Shown here: positions 1 through 9,637 of the stretch, piece by piece
Layout of the letters: each line of letters begins with the position of its first letter
Numbering within the stretch: position 1 is the stretch's first letter
NCBI GenBank assembly: GCA_963817385.1
Contig: CAWFOM010000027.1
Span: forward strand, 29,962-93,961
DNA: 64,000 nt
Reading direction: 5' to 3'
From: an uncultured delta proteobacterium
GTDB lineage: Bacteria; Desulfobacterota; Syntrophia; Syntrophales; UBA5619
The notes under the pieces: generated by a model
Databases searched by the model: none
What the model was told of the DNA's origin: nothing
The model's input: only the letters and a program-made list of their open reading frames with translations
Position numbers and translations under genes: made by a program

Positions 1-405
1 CGGATGGAAGTCGAAATCGTGGTTCCCGAGGGTCATGGCGTCGTACCCCATCGCCGCCATGAGACGCAGTTCCGCCGCCTCGGTCATGAAGGCGGTATGG
101 AACAGCGTCCCCATGCTGAAATCGCCGGCATCGACGACGAGCGTCCGGTCGCCTTCGCGGGATCGGGTTTCCCGGATCAGCGTCAGGAGCTTCGCATATC
201 CGCCCTGCTCGACCGGCGGGCCGCCGGGGACGGCCACCCGATGCGGGAGGAAGTAGGAGTGCAGGTCATGGGTGAACAGGACGACGAGCCGCTCGCCGGC
301 CACGGGATCGCCTGCGGCGATGTCCGCCCGGGGAATGCCGGAGAGTATCAGCAGAAGGAGGCCTATCGCCAGGATCGTTCGCCGCAAAAGGTCATTGTGT
401 CTCAT
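1..405 (-). CDS. 5'-nucleotidase / calcineurin-like metallophosphoesterase, N-terminal part (runs off the window edge)
   Basis: Read by hand; not in the ORF track. Signal-peptide-like start MRHNDLLRRTILAIGLLLLIL, then metallophosphatase motifs FTHDLHS, VDAGDF and LGNHDFD. Confidence 0.85.
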   Translation of the reverse strand, partial: MRHNDLLRRTILAIGLLLLILSGIPRADIAAGDPVAGERLVVLFTHDLHSYFLPHRVAVPGGPPVEQGGYAKLLTLIRETRSREGDRTLVVDAGDFSMGTLFHTAFMTEAAELRLMAAMGYDAMTLGNHDFDFHP

Positions 406-685
406 AAACCGCCCCTTTCCGAATGGAGAATCATACCCTGACGGGTCCATTCCCACGTCTGCCGCTTGTTGGAATTGGTATTGCGCCTGTGATTTCCGCC
501 GGGTCGCCGGAGGTAGGGTTGAGGTGTCTCTGCATGAACCCCTGGATCATGACATGGAGTATAAGGAGAACTCGGCGGGGTGTCAATTTGCTACAAAACC
601 GGACAAATCTATTTGTTGCTAACACCGGAAAGGATCTCCGGGAGAGACATTTCACCGTTCGCGAAAAGGACCCTCGTGCGCACGA

Positions 686-1867
686 TCAGTGGTTTTTGGT
701 CTCCGAGATTTCCAGGCGGGTTATGAGGGGAGCCGACAAAAGGGTGATGATGCCGACGAGGATGAATGAGAGGCTGAACTCCCCCGCATCTCCGAAGATG
801 CCCAGAGCGGTCGGGATAAGACCGGCGCCGATCAGATAGGCGATGAAAATGGTGAGTGAGACGGAGAGGTTCCGCGCGTGCGGCGGGACAATCCGCGAGA
901 GAACGGTGAATCCCGCTGGGAAAAAGCAGACCGTCATCATTGGCTGAAGAAAGACCATCAGGACGACCCACCTGCCCGGGAGAGCGCCGAGGAGGATCGC
1001 CGTGAGGCCGTTGAAAACGGTCACCATGGCGATCGTTGGTTTCGGGCCGATACGGTCCGAGATCCAGCCGGAGACGAAAGTCATGGCCACGACGGGGATC
1101 CGCGAAAGACCGAGGAGTGTATTGGCCAGACTCCGGTCGATACCCCGCTCGTCGACGAGATAGAGCGGAATCATGTTGTAGATGCCCATGCTGGAGGCAA
1201 TAGCCAGGCTGAAAAAGACGACCATGATCCAGAAGGCGGGTTTACCGGTCATGAGCCTGATATTTCCGAGGGTCGGCGCCTCGCCCGTGAAATCGCCGCC
1301 AGTGCCGAGACGGAGAAAGGTCAGGCCCAGGAGCAGGGAGGCAACACCGATCAGCGCGAGGATCCCCTGCCAGGGGAAAAGGATGAGAAGGGCTTCTACG
1401 ATGAGCGGTGCGGCGATATATCCGAGGGAGGGGGCGAATTCGTGGACGGAGATCGCCTTTCCCCAATGAGCCGAGTCGATCGCGGAGGTGATCGTCGTTA
1501 TTCCCGAGGGGAGGTACATCCCGGTTGAAACGCCGATGAGAAACAGTCCGAAGCGAATCATCCAGAGGGTGTGACTTGCGGCGATAACGAAGAACGCGCA
1601 GCCGCAGGCGACGGCGGCAAGGGCGATCGTCCGGCGGTGGGTGATCCGCGCGGAAAGAAACCCCGACCCGATGAGTCCCATCGCATAGCCCAGCGCGATC
1701 ATCATGAAAAACACCCCCGCCGCTGTATGGCCGAGGTCGAGATCCCGTTCGATCACCGGCAGAAGGGGCGACAGGACGACCCGCGAGAGGAAGTTAACGA
1801 AAAAGATGGTCGTCAGAATGCCGAGCAGGAAGATCTGCGATTTGCGGGATAGGGAGATCTCCGTCAT
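686..1867 (-). CDS. MFS transporter
   Basis: 393 aa with about 12 hydrophobic segments and MFS motif-A-like GFLSARITHRR and GWISDRIGPK. Confidence 0.9.
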   Translation of the reverse strand: MTEISLSRKSQIFLLGILTTIFFVNFLSRVVLSPLLPVIERDLDLGHTAAGVFFMMIALGYAMGLIGSGFLSARITHRRTIALAAVACGCAFFVIAASHTLWMIRFGLFLIGVSTGMYLPSGITTITSAIDSAHWGKAISVHEFAPSLGYIAAPLIVEALLILFPWQGILALIGVASLLLGLTFLRLGTGGDFTGEAPTLGNIRLMTGKPAFWIMVVFFSLAIASSMGIYNMIPLYLVDERGIDRSLANTLLGLSRIPVVAMTFVSGWISDRIGPKPTIAMVTVFNGLTAILLGALPGRWVVLMVFLQPMMTVCFFPAGFTVLSRIVPPHARNLSVSLTIFIAYLIGAGLIPTALGIFGDAGEFSLSFILVGIITLLSAPLITRLEISETKNH

Positions 1868-2061
1868 CTTTCGCCCCCTCCGCTGCGAAGATGCGGCTCC
1901 CGGCCGGAAGCGCGGTGACTGAGAAGTGCGAGAGTCCCCCCGCTACCGATGCTCCTCCCGGCGGCGATCAGGTAAGCGAGCCCGACGGGCGGCACTTCGG
2001 CGCCCGGCACCTGCTTGACGGCGGTTTGCATCTTCAAAAGCGGGCTCCTTTCTTGGATCAC

Positions 2062-2511
2062 TTAAGCCGGATCGGGCGCAGGCCGGCGATTCATGGCCAT
2101 CTGCTTCCGGCCTTCCCGGAAGAGGACCTCCATGCTATCCGCGGTGATTTTTTCGACGAATCCACGTCCGAACTGGGGATGGGAGATAACATCGCCCAAC
2201 TCGTAGTGTTCCGTAAGTCGATAGTCCCAGGTGACGACGTCCGGCGCTGCGGCTGCATTCCGCTGCTCCCACTGCCTCGCATCCGCCGGCCGCACGGGCC
2301 GCTGCGCCCTGGCCGCGACCCCACCGTAGCGGCGTTCCGCCGGGATCTCTCTTCTTTTTTCCGGCTTCGGCCCGTGGTAGCGGTGCTCTGCCCGGCAGGT
2401 CTTGCATTTCACCCCGTGGACCGCCCCTCCCACTTCGTACAGGACGATGTGGGCCAGGGTGAGCTGGCAGCGCGAGCAGAAAGCATCGATGGTTTTTCCG
2501 ACCAGTGACAC
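2062..2511 (-). CDS. hypothetical zinc-ribbon protein
   Basis: CSRC...CKTC pairs plus C-terminal GDVISHPQFGRGFV; probable GTG start after AAGGGGG. Confidence 0.7.
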   Translation of the reverse strand: MSLVGKTIDAFCSRCQLTLAHIVLYEVGGAVHGVKCKTCRAEHRYHGPKPEKRREIPAERRYGGVAARAQRPVRPADARQWEQRNAAAAPDVVTWDYRLTEHYELGDVISHPQFGRGFVEKITADSMEVLFREGRKQMAMNRRPAPDPA

Positions 2512-2722
2512 GGTTATCAACCCCCTTCATGATATCGAGGTGCAGCCTTTATCATGCTCGCCTCTTTTTTGATACCCTTTTGTACGGGGCGCGGACCGTG
2601 TCCGAAAGCCCTGTTCATACGCCCACAAACAGGCAAGAAAACGGCGAGAATCTGAGACATTTATGAGAAGAGTGTCAAGTATTTTTTCCGATTCCCTGAC
2701 GAGGTCCGGGAGGGAGGACCAT

Positions 2723-4183
2723 CTACATCACCCCGTATTTACGAAGCTTCTGGTGGAGGGTTCGGCGGGTGATGCCGAGACGGCGGGCGGCTTCGCTCTT
2801 GTTGCCGCCGGCGGCCTCCAGGGTTTGGAGGATCGTCTTGCGCTCGACTGCTTCGAGGGAGGGGGCTCCGCTGCCCGGCGCCGCTTGTTCAGCGGCTAAC
2901 GGCATGCCGTCCAGGGCCGTCTCTCCGGCGGCTTCATACGAACCCGGGGAGGCCTGTTCCACGGCAGCCGCGCTCCCGGCAGGCGGCGGCGGTGCGGTTC
3001 CTCCCTGCCCCGGCAGGATGAGCGAGAGCTCGGTTTCGTCGAGATACTCTCCGCGTGAGAGGACGACTCCCCGCTCCACGGCGTTCATCAGCTGCCGGAC
3101 GTTCCCCGGCCAGGGGTGCCGGAGGAGCCGGTCCATCGCCTGAGGCGTGAATCCCTTGATCGTCTTGCGGTTCTTCTCGGCGAACCGGGCGAGAAACTCC
3201 TGAGCGAGCAGGGGGATGTCCTCCTGCCGCTCCCTCAGCGGCGGAACGGTGAGGGTGACGACGTTGAGACGGTAGTAAAGATCCTCCCGGAAACGGCCCG
3301 CCCCGATCTCCCTGAGGAGGTCCCGGTTCGTGGCGGCGATGAGGCGGACGTCGATATGGATCACCTCTTCGCCGCCCACGCGGGTGAGCTCCCGCTCTTG
3401 GAGGACACGCAGGAGTTTGACCTGCATCCCGACCGACATCTCGCTCACCTCGTCCAGGAAAAGGCTCCCCCCGTCGGCCTGGCGGAACTTCCCCTCTTTC
3501 CGCCGGTCGGCGCCGGTGAAGGCCCCCTTCTCGTGTCCGAATAGCTCGGACTCCAGCAGGGTCTCGGTGATCGCCGCGCAGTTGAACCTGATGAAGGGAC
3601 CTTCCTTGCGGAGGCTGTTGTAGTGAATGAGCCCCGCGATCATCTCTTTTCCCGTTCCCGATTCGCCGGTGATGAGGACCGTCGCCTCGGAGGGGGCAAC
3701 CTGGGAGGCGGTCTCGATCAGGCGCGTCATGGTGGCTGAGCGCCCGATCAGGTTACGCCGATCAAACCGCTCGCCGAGGCTCGCCCTCAGAAGACGGTTC
3801 TCTTCCCTGAGATGGCTATGGTCCATCGCCCGCTCCAACGTGAGACGGAGCTCGTCGAAATCCAGGGGCTTGGTAAGATAGTCATAGGCCCCCTTTTTCA
3901 GGGCCTCAACGGCCGTTTCCACGGAGGCGTAGGCGGTCATGATGACGATGGGGATCGCCGGATTGAACGCCTTGATCTCGGCCAGAGCCGTAAGACCGGA
4001 GACCTTGATCATCCGGACGTCCATGAGGATCAGATCGAAGGGCTGACGGCGAACCGCGGAGATGGCGCTGCCGCCGTCATCGGCCTCCGTGATTGCGTAG
4101 CCCCATCCGGAGAGAAGCTTCCGGAGCATCGTCCTGTGGGCGGTATCATCGTCCGTTACAAGGATCGATTTTTTTTCCTTCAT
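2723..4183 (-). CDS. zraR: sigma-54-dependent response regulator, ZraR/HydG-like
   Basis: Receiver domain, GESGTGKE, GAFTGA, Fis-type HTH; coupled to the kinase and divergent from a ZraP-like gene. Confidence 0.85.
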   Translation of the reverse strand: MKEKKSILVTDDDTAHRTMLRKLLSGWGYAITEADDGGSAISAVRRQPFDLILMDVRMIKVSGLTALAEIKAFNPAIPIVIMTAYASVETAVEALKKGAYDYLTKPLDFDELRLTLERAMDHSHLREENRLLRASLGERFDRRNLIGRSATMTRLIETASQVAPSEATVLITGESGTGKEMIAGLIHYNSLRKEGPFIRFNCAAITETLLESELFGHEKGAFTGADRRKEGKFRQADGGSLFLDEVSEMSVGMQVKLLRVLQERELTRVGGEEVIHIDVRLIAATNRDLLREIGAGRFREDLYYRLNVVTLTVPPLRERQEDIPLLAQEFLARFAEKNRKTIKGFTPQAMDRLLRHPWPGNVRQLMNAVERGVVLSRGEYLDETELSLILPGQGGTAPPPPAGSAAAVEQASPGSYEAAGETALDGMPLAAEQAAPGSGAPSLEAVERKTILQTLEAAGGNKSEAARRLGITRRTLHQKLRKYGVM

Positions 4184-5955
4184 GACGGGTCACCTTTTAT
4201 CGTTTCTTCGGTAATCGGCGCGGGCAAGAGGAGCGTCGCCGTCGTCCCTCTTCCCGGTTCGCTTTCAAGGAGTATCTCTCCGCCGTGCGCTTCGACGATC
4301 TTCTGCACGATGGGAAGGCCGACGCCGGTCCCGGAGGGCTTCGTCGTGAAATAAGGGTCGAAGACCCGGGGGAGATCCTCCTTCCGGATGCCGGCGCCGG
4401 TGTCGGCGATTGCGATCCGGATCGTCCGGTCGTCGCGCCGTTTCAGGGAAACGCGGAGGAGTCCCCCCTGCTCCATTGCCGCAATGGCATTGAGGAAGAG
4501 GTTCAGCAACACCTGGCTTATCCGGTCGGCGTCGAGCGAGACCTCCCCGATCTCCGGCGGGAGTTCCGCTTCAATGATGATCCCCCGTTCCCGCGCCTGG
4601 CCCTCGACCATCTTGAGGGCATGGCGGATCACCGTCTGGATCGAGGTCGGGAGACGATTCATCGGCATCGGCCGGGCAAATTCGAGGAGCTGGGTGATGA
4701 CGCGGTTCAGCCGGTCCACCTCGTTGATCATCGTCTCCGCGGTCTCGCGGTCGTCGGGGTTGTCCTCATAGCGCTCCCGGAAATAGGTGGCGAACCCCTT
4801 GATCGAGCTGAGCGGATTCCGGATCTCATGGGCGACGCCGGCGGCCAGGCTTCCCAGGGAGGCAAGCCGCTGGCTCCGGATGATCTCCTGCTTGAGACGG
4901 CGCATCTCCGTCATATCCCTGAAGAGGATTACACGGCCGAGAAAGGCGCCGTCATCCTCATGAAGCGTCGTCGCGATCACCTCCATCGGGATCATCCGGC
5001 CTTCTGCAACGGTGCAGTCGATCTCCTGCTCCACGATCCGCCGGCCGTCGGCAAGCTGGCGGATGATCTCCCGGCAGCTCCCGGGGAGGACCTCTTCGGC
5101 CTGTTTTCCGAGGACATCGCCGGCTCTCCGGCCGAGGATGGTCTCGGCGGTCTGATTGAAGGCGGTCAGTATCCCCTCCCCGTCCGTGGCAACCAGACCG
5201 ATGGGCATGTTCTCCACAAGACTGTTGGAGAAGGCCCTGATCCGCGAGAGCGAGCTCCGTGCGGTGCGGTATCCCTGCGCAAGGGAAAGCATGATGATAC
5301 CGGAGGAGCCGATGAGGAAAAAGATGACGGCCATCCAGATGATACGGCGTCTGTCTTCATTCTGCGCAGTGATAAGCGGTCCCATGTCCAGGCCGACGAA
5401 GATCACGAAACCCGGCCTCCGGGTCTCTGCATCTTGAGGCCCGGGCGGTGGTACGAGCAGCGGATTGTGAAATCCCGGGAAAGGGCCTCTGGTCGGTGCA
5501 AACCGCCGGTAGATTTCGAAGGTGTCGGCCTCCTCACTGTGCGAGACCTGCCTCCAGGCGAGCTTCTCCGAATGGGCGATCTTCTCCAGGTCGAGATCGG
5601 TACCATAGCTCAAGCCGATCCGCGCGGGGTCGCTGTCGGCCATGATCACCCCCCGTGCGTCCGTGACGATCAGATAATCGATGTCCGGCTGTTGGGCGGT
5701 CTCCATGAGGAGTTTCTGGAGCTGAAACCCGCCCCACCGCATACCGATTCCCGTCCGCGCGCCTGCCTCGAATGAGCGAATTAGCGCCTCCCCTTTTTCA
5801 ATGAGGAGGCGCGAGGTCAGTTCTTTCTGGCGGTTGATGCTTTCCAGAGTCATAACAATGAACAACGGTACGAGGATCATGACAGAACCGATGATCATCC
5901 AAGGAGGGATCATCGCCCAGAGCCTCCGCTTTTTTCTCTTCTCTTGCCCAGCCAT
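4180..5955 (-). CDS. zraS: PAS-domain sensor histidine kinase, ZraS/HydH-like
   Basis: Two TM segments, PAS, AHEIRNPLSSIKG H-box, DTGAG and GTGVGL G-boxes. Confidence 0.85.
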   Translation of the reverse strand: MAGQEKRKKRRLWAMIPPWMIIGSVMILVPLFIVMTLESINRQKELTSRLLIEKGEALIRSFEAGARTGIGMRWGGFQLQKLLMETAQQPDIDYLIVTDARGVIMADSDPARIGLSYGTDLDLEKIAHSEKLAWRQVSHSEEADTFEIYRRFAPTRGPFPGFHNPLLVPPPGPQDAETRRPGFVIFVGLDMGPLITAQNEDRRRIIWMAVIFFLIGSSGIIMLSLAQGYRTARSSLSRIRAFSNSLVENMPIGLVATDGEGILTAFNQTAETILGRRAGDVLGKQAEEVLPGSCREIIRQLADGRRIVEQEIDCTVAEGRMIPMEVIATTLHEDDGAFLGRVILFRDMTEMRRLKQEIIRSQRLASLGSLAAGVAHEIRNPLSSIKGFATYFRERYEDNPDDRETAETMINEVDRLNRVITQLLEFARPMPMNRLPTSIQTVIRHALKMVEGQARERGIIIEAELPPEIGEVSLDADRISQVLLNLFLNAIAAMEQGGLLRVSLKRRDDRTIRIAIADTGAGIRKEDLPRVFDPYFTTKPSGTGVGLPIVQKIVEAHGGEILLESEPGRGTTATLLLPAPITEETIKGDPS

Positions 5956-6042
5956 CGCGTTCCCGCTTTATCCGCTCCTGCTACCGGCGCCTTCTTTTCC
6001 CGCACAACCTCCGGTGCAGCCACTTACCGTCCGCCTTGAATA

Positions 6043-6091
6043 TGGATACTTATTGACCAACTGGATACCATAGATGGATACTTATCATCCA
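6043..6091. promoter_or_regulatory. putative upstream activator sites for the ZraR-like protein
   Basis: Three TGGATA repeats including the palindrome TGGAT-N7-ATCCA, about 97 bp upstream of the sigma-54 promoter; 39/49 identical copy at 32399-32447. Confidence 0.7.
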
Positions 6092-6187
6092 GTTTTTCTT
6101 TGCGGAGAGGGGAAACGGAGCGGCAGCCTAGCCGTGATTTTAATAATAGTCTTATGATATCGACAAGCTATAATTTTATATGCATTC

Positions 6188-6203
6188 TGGCATGCCTGTT
6201 GCT
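6188..6203 (+). promoter_or_regulatory. sigma-54 -24/-12 promoter of the zraP-like gene
   Basis: TGGCATGCCTGTTGCT matches TGGCA-N6-TTGC. Confidence 0.8.
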
Positions 6204-6259
6204 CTAAGTGAAAACCAAAGAGAGAATGCTCTAATCAAGGAAAATATGAAGGAGAACAG

Positions 6260-6787
6260 ATGATGAAGAAAGCAACAAAAGTGACGATGACGGCGGTAGT
6301 GCTGCTCTTCGTGGCGACAATGGCAACCTCGGCCTTCGGTTTCGGCTGGGGGAGAGGTCCGGGGTGCGGCTACGGTCCGATGGGGAGGGGTGAGTTTGCG
6401 GGATTTGCAGGTGCAGAGCTGACCGCGGATCAGAAGGCCCAGCTCCAGGGAATGCGCGACGCCCAGTTCAAGGAGATCGCACATCTTCGGGAACAGATGT
6501 TCGCCAAACGGGATGAGGTAAGAAAACTCTGGCTGGAGGCAAATCCGGATCAAGGGAAGATTACGGAGGCCCAGAAGGAAATGCGGTCACTGCGGGATCA
6601 GTTGCAGGACAAGACGACGGCGTTCCGTCTGGATGAATTGAATGTCCTTACGCCCGAACAGCGGGAGAAGCTGAAATCTACTGCAGCCGGTCGAGGATTT
6701 GGACAGGGGCGCGGTTTCGGAGCGTCCAGCGGCGGTGGCTGCCCGGGCTGTTGTGGTCCGGGAGCCGGGGCAACAGGTAAACCATAA
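6260..6787 (+). CDS. zraP: periplasmic Spy/CpxP/ZraP-family protein
   Basis: Signal peptide, Gly-rich ends, LTADQ and LTPEQ (LTxxQ) motifs, divergent from zraSR. Confidence 0.75.
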   Translation: MMKKATKVTMTAVVLLFVATMATSAFGFGWGRGPGCGYGPMGRGEFAGFAGAELTADQKAQLQGMRDAQFKEIAHLREQMFAKRDEVRKLWLEANPDQGKITEAQKEMRSLRDQLQDKTTAFRLDELNVLTPEQREKLKSTAAGRGFGQGRGFGASSGGGCPGCCGPGAGATGKP

Positions 6788-6796
6788 CTACAACAG

Positions 6797-6855
6797 GGGG
6801 GATCGTCCGGGAGGTTCAGGCACCCTCCTCCCCTTCCGGATGATGCCCCCTTTTC
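6797..6855 (+). terminator. probable intrinsic terminator
   Basis: GGGGG-ATCGTCCGG ... CCGGATGAT-GCCCCC imperfect stem followed by TTTT. Confidence 0.5.
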
Positions 6856-6982
6856 CTCTTTCCCGCCACGTTTATCAAACATCACAAGAGTTTTTTCATC
6901 GATCGGCATCGCCGCGGGAAAATCTCCGCAGCAAGCTGGGCGAATCTTCGATCCGTTGACGCTGAAATTACGCCAAAAAACA

Positions 6983-7012
6983 TTTGACAGCTGGTATGAT
7001 GAGTATTATGAA
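6983..7012 (+). promoter_or_regulatory. promoter/operator element, copy 1
   Basis: TTTGACAGCTGGTATGATGAGTATTATGAA; 29/30 identical to 10807-10836; contains TTGACA and a FadR-like CTGGT-N-TGA core. Confidence 0.7.
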
Positions 7013-7187
7013 TAAGCGCAAATTTACCGGCTGTGTGCGTGAAGGTATCAATGCAGCGATCGGGCTACCGCAGCGGTGACGGTAACGCTAACCGGCTGTG
7101 TCAGCTCCCGTGTCGGCGATGCCGGTGGGGGAGTATTTATCGTTATGAACGTGTATTATTTCCCAAAAGCTGTTGGAGGGTATTAAG

Positions 7188-7586
7188 ATGCCAATTTATC
7201 ACATTGCCGAAATGAAAAAAATCAATCCTGACGTGAATCCTGCCATGATTATGCAAACGGTAACGGGGGAATTCATGAAGGTGGGGATCGTCACGAAACC
7301 TGCGGGTGAAGGCCCCCCGCTTCACATGCATCCGAATGAAGAACAGTTTACCCTGATTTTGGAAGGGAAACTCCATATGATTCTGGGAGATCAAGACTGT
7401 ATTGTGGAGCGCGGAGACCTTATCCATATTCCCCGATTCACCCAGCATCGCAGCAGGGCCGTAGGCGGTCCGGCAGTTTTTTTTACGGTCAAATATCCGG
7501 CCGGCAGCGGAGACCTGAACCAGGATTACCATAAGGTGGCGAACGCTGAAGAGGCCGAAAAGAAATACCCTGGAAAGCAAGGGTGA
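7188..7586 (+). CDS. cupin-domain protein
   Basis: PPLHMHPNEEQ...IHIPRFTQH cupin metal motifs; ATG after GGAGGG. Confidence 0.85.
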   Translation: MPIYHIAEMKKINPDVNPAMIMQTVTGEFMKVGIVTKPAGEGPPLHMHPNEEQFTLILEGKLHMILGDQDCIVERGDLIHIPRFTQHRSRAVGGPAVFFTVKYPAGSGDLNQDYHKVANAEEAEKKYPGKQG

Positions 7587-7628
7587 TCGGCTGGAAACAG
7601 GCGAAGAATGAAGTGAAAGGAGTGCCCG

Positions 7629-8081
7629 GTGAAACTGGAGTTACGCAACAACAAGGATTTCTGGGCCGGTCTGGTGTTCGCCGGGACCGGCGCCGCGGCG
7701 ATGTTCATCGCCCAGCATTACCCGTTCGGCACTACGCTGCGCATGGGGCCCGGCTACTTTCCCCGCGTCCTAGGCGGGATTCTCGTTCTGTTTGGTCTCT
7801 ACGTCATGGTCAGGGGGCTGCGCATCAATGAGAAGATCCAGGGCAACTGGTCCGTCCGTGCCCTGATCGTGCTGCCCCTCTCCATGGTTCTGTTCGGCAT
7901 CCTGATGGAGTATTTTGGCTTCCTCCCGGCGCTGGTGACTCTGGTCTTCGGATCGGCGGCCTCAAGCAGGGAGTTCAAGTTCAGCGAAGTTCTGCTGCTT
8001 ACGCTACTGCTTACCGTTCTTTCCGTGGCGCTGTTCATCTGGGGTCTCGGACTGCCCTACCCCCTGGTCAAACTTTTCTGA
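7629..8081 (+). CDS. tctB: tripartite tricarboxylate transporter small subunit TctB
   Basis: GPGYFP motif, four TM segments, directly upstream of tctA. Confidence 0.85.
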   Translation: MKLELRNNKDFWAGLVFAGTGAAAMFIAQHYPFGTTLRMGPGYFPRVLGGILVLFGLYVMVRGLRINEKIQGNWSVRALIVLPLSMVLFGILMEYFGFLPALVTLVFGSAASSREFKFSEVLLLTLLLTVLSVALFIWGLGLPYPLVKLF

Positions 8082-8094
8082 CGAGGAGACCGTC

Positions 8095-9591
8095 ATGGAA
8101 ATATTTCATAACCTGATCTTCGGGTTCACCGTCGCGCTCTCGGTGCAGAACCTGCTCTACTGCTTCATTGGCTGTCTGTTGGGCACCCTGATTGGCGTCC
8201 TGCCCGGGATCGGGCCACTCGCGACGATCGCGATGCTGATGCCGCTCACCTTCAATGTTTCGCCGGTTGCGGCACTGATCATGATGGCCGGGATCTTCTA
8301 CGGCGCACAGTACGGCGGCTCGACCACCGCCATCCTGGTCAACCTCCCCGGAGAAACCTCAGCGGTAGTCACCTGCATCGACGGCTACCAGATGGCACGA
8401 CAGGGGCGCGCCGGCGCGGCGCTGGCGATTGCGGCCTACGGTTCGTTCTTTGCCGGCACCGTGTGCACGCTCTTAATTGCGCTGTTCGGTCCGCCGATCG
8501 CCGAGATGGCGCTGAAGTTCAATTCACCCGAGTACTTCTCCCTGATGCTGATGGGCCTGATTGCCGCTGCGGTGCTCGCTCAGGGCGATATGATCAAGTC
8601 TCTCGCGATGGTGGCGATGGGCCTGCTGCTCGGCAGCGTGGGAACCGACGTCGATTCCGGGTGGGCGCGCTTCAGCTTCGACATCATCGAGTTGACGGAC
8701 GGCATCGGTTTTGTGGTCGTCGCAGTGGGGGTGTTCGCGGTGGGTGAGATCGTGAGCAACCTCGGCGAAACGGAGGAGCGTGTGGTCTTTACCTCCAAGG
8801 TGGGGAGTCTCTTCCCCACCTTGCGTGACATCAAGCAGGCGATCGCCCCGATCATCAGAGGAACCGTGCTCGGGGCGTTCTTCGGCGTGCTTCCCGGCAC
8901 CGGGCCGGCGATCGCCTCCTTCTCCTCTTACATGGTTGAGAAGAAGATGGCCAAAGATCCGTCGCGATTCGGACACGGTGCGATCGAGGGGGTGGCGGGA
9001 CCCGAGGCCGCCAACAACGCGGATGCGCAGTGCAAATTCATCCCGATGCTCACGCTGGGGATTCCTGCGAGCGGGGTGATGGCGCTAATGCTCGGCGCCC
9101 TTACGATCCACGGTATCGCGCCGGGACCTACGGTGATGACCAAGAATCCCGACCTCTTCTGGGGGCTGATCGCGAGCATGTGGATCGGCAACCTCATGCT
9201 CGTCTTGCTCAACCTGCCGCTCATCGGCCTCTGGGTGAGCCTGCTCAAGGTGCCCTACCGCATGCTCTTTCCCGCCATCATGGTGTTCTCGTCCATCGGC
9301 ATCTACAGCATAAACAACAGCTCGTTTGAGATCTACCTCACTGCGATCTTCGGCCTCATCGGCTTTCTGTGGCTTAAGCTCGGATGCCCTCCGGCGCCGA
9401 TGCTGCTCGGATTCGTGCTTGGTCCGATGATGGAAGAGAACCTGCGACGAGCGATGCTGATCTCGCGAGGCGATCCCACGATTTTTATCACGCGGCCGAT
9501 CAGTCTCGGTTTCATCATCGCCACGGTCGTGATCGTGATTGTCATGGTAGTGCCGGCCATGCGCAAACGGCGGGGCCATATTACGGGCTGA
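8095..9591 (+). CDS. tctA: tripartite tricarboxylate transporter large subunit TctA
   Basis: GVLPGIG, YGAQYGGS, DGYQMA and GPEAANNA motifs. Confidence 0.92.
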   Translation: MEIFHNLIFGFTVALSVQNLLYCFIGCLLGTLIGVLPGIGPLATIAMLMPLTFNVSPVAALIMMAGIFYGAQYGGSTTAILVNLPGETSAVVTCIDGYQMARQGRAGAALAIAAYGSFFAGTVCTLLIALFGPPIAEMALKFNSPEYFSLMLMGLIAAAVLAQGDMIKSLAMVAMGLLLGSVGTDVDSGWARFSFDIIELTDGIGFVVVAVGVFAVGEIVSNLGETEERVVFTSKVGSLFPTLRDIKQAIAPIIRGTVLGAFFGVLPGTGPAIASFSSYMVEKKMAKDPSRFGHGAIEGVAGPEAANNADAQCKFIPMLTLGIPASGVMALMLGALTIHGIAPGPTVMTKNPDLFWGLIASMWIGNLMLVLLNLPLIGLWVSLLKVPYRMLFPAIMVFSSIGIYSINNSSFEIYLTAIFGLIGFLWLKLGCPPAPMLLGFVLGPMMEENLRRAMLISRGDPTIFITRPISLGFIIATVVIVIVMVVPAMRKRRGHITG

Positions 9592-9637
9592 TGCCTTGAC
9601 CATATCCCGCGAATAGGGTCTGTGAAGGAGCAAGGGT

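Noticed and set aside
406..600. Riboswitch upstream of the nucleotidase
   Set aside because: No purine, SAM or other aptamer consensus that I could recognise; needs an Rfam scan.
6920..6955. CCGCAGCAAGCTGGG element with a weak echo near 47820
   Set aside because: Too degenerate to call a repeat family from this window alone.
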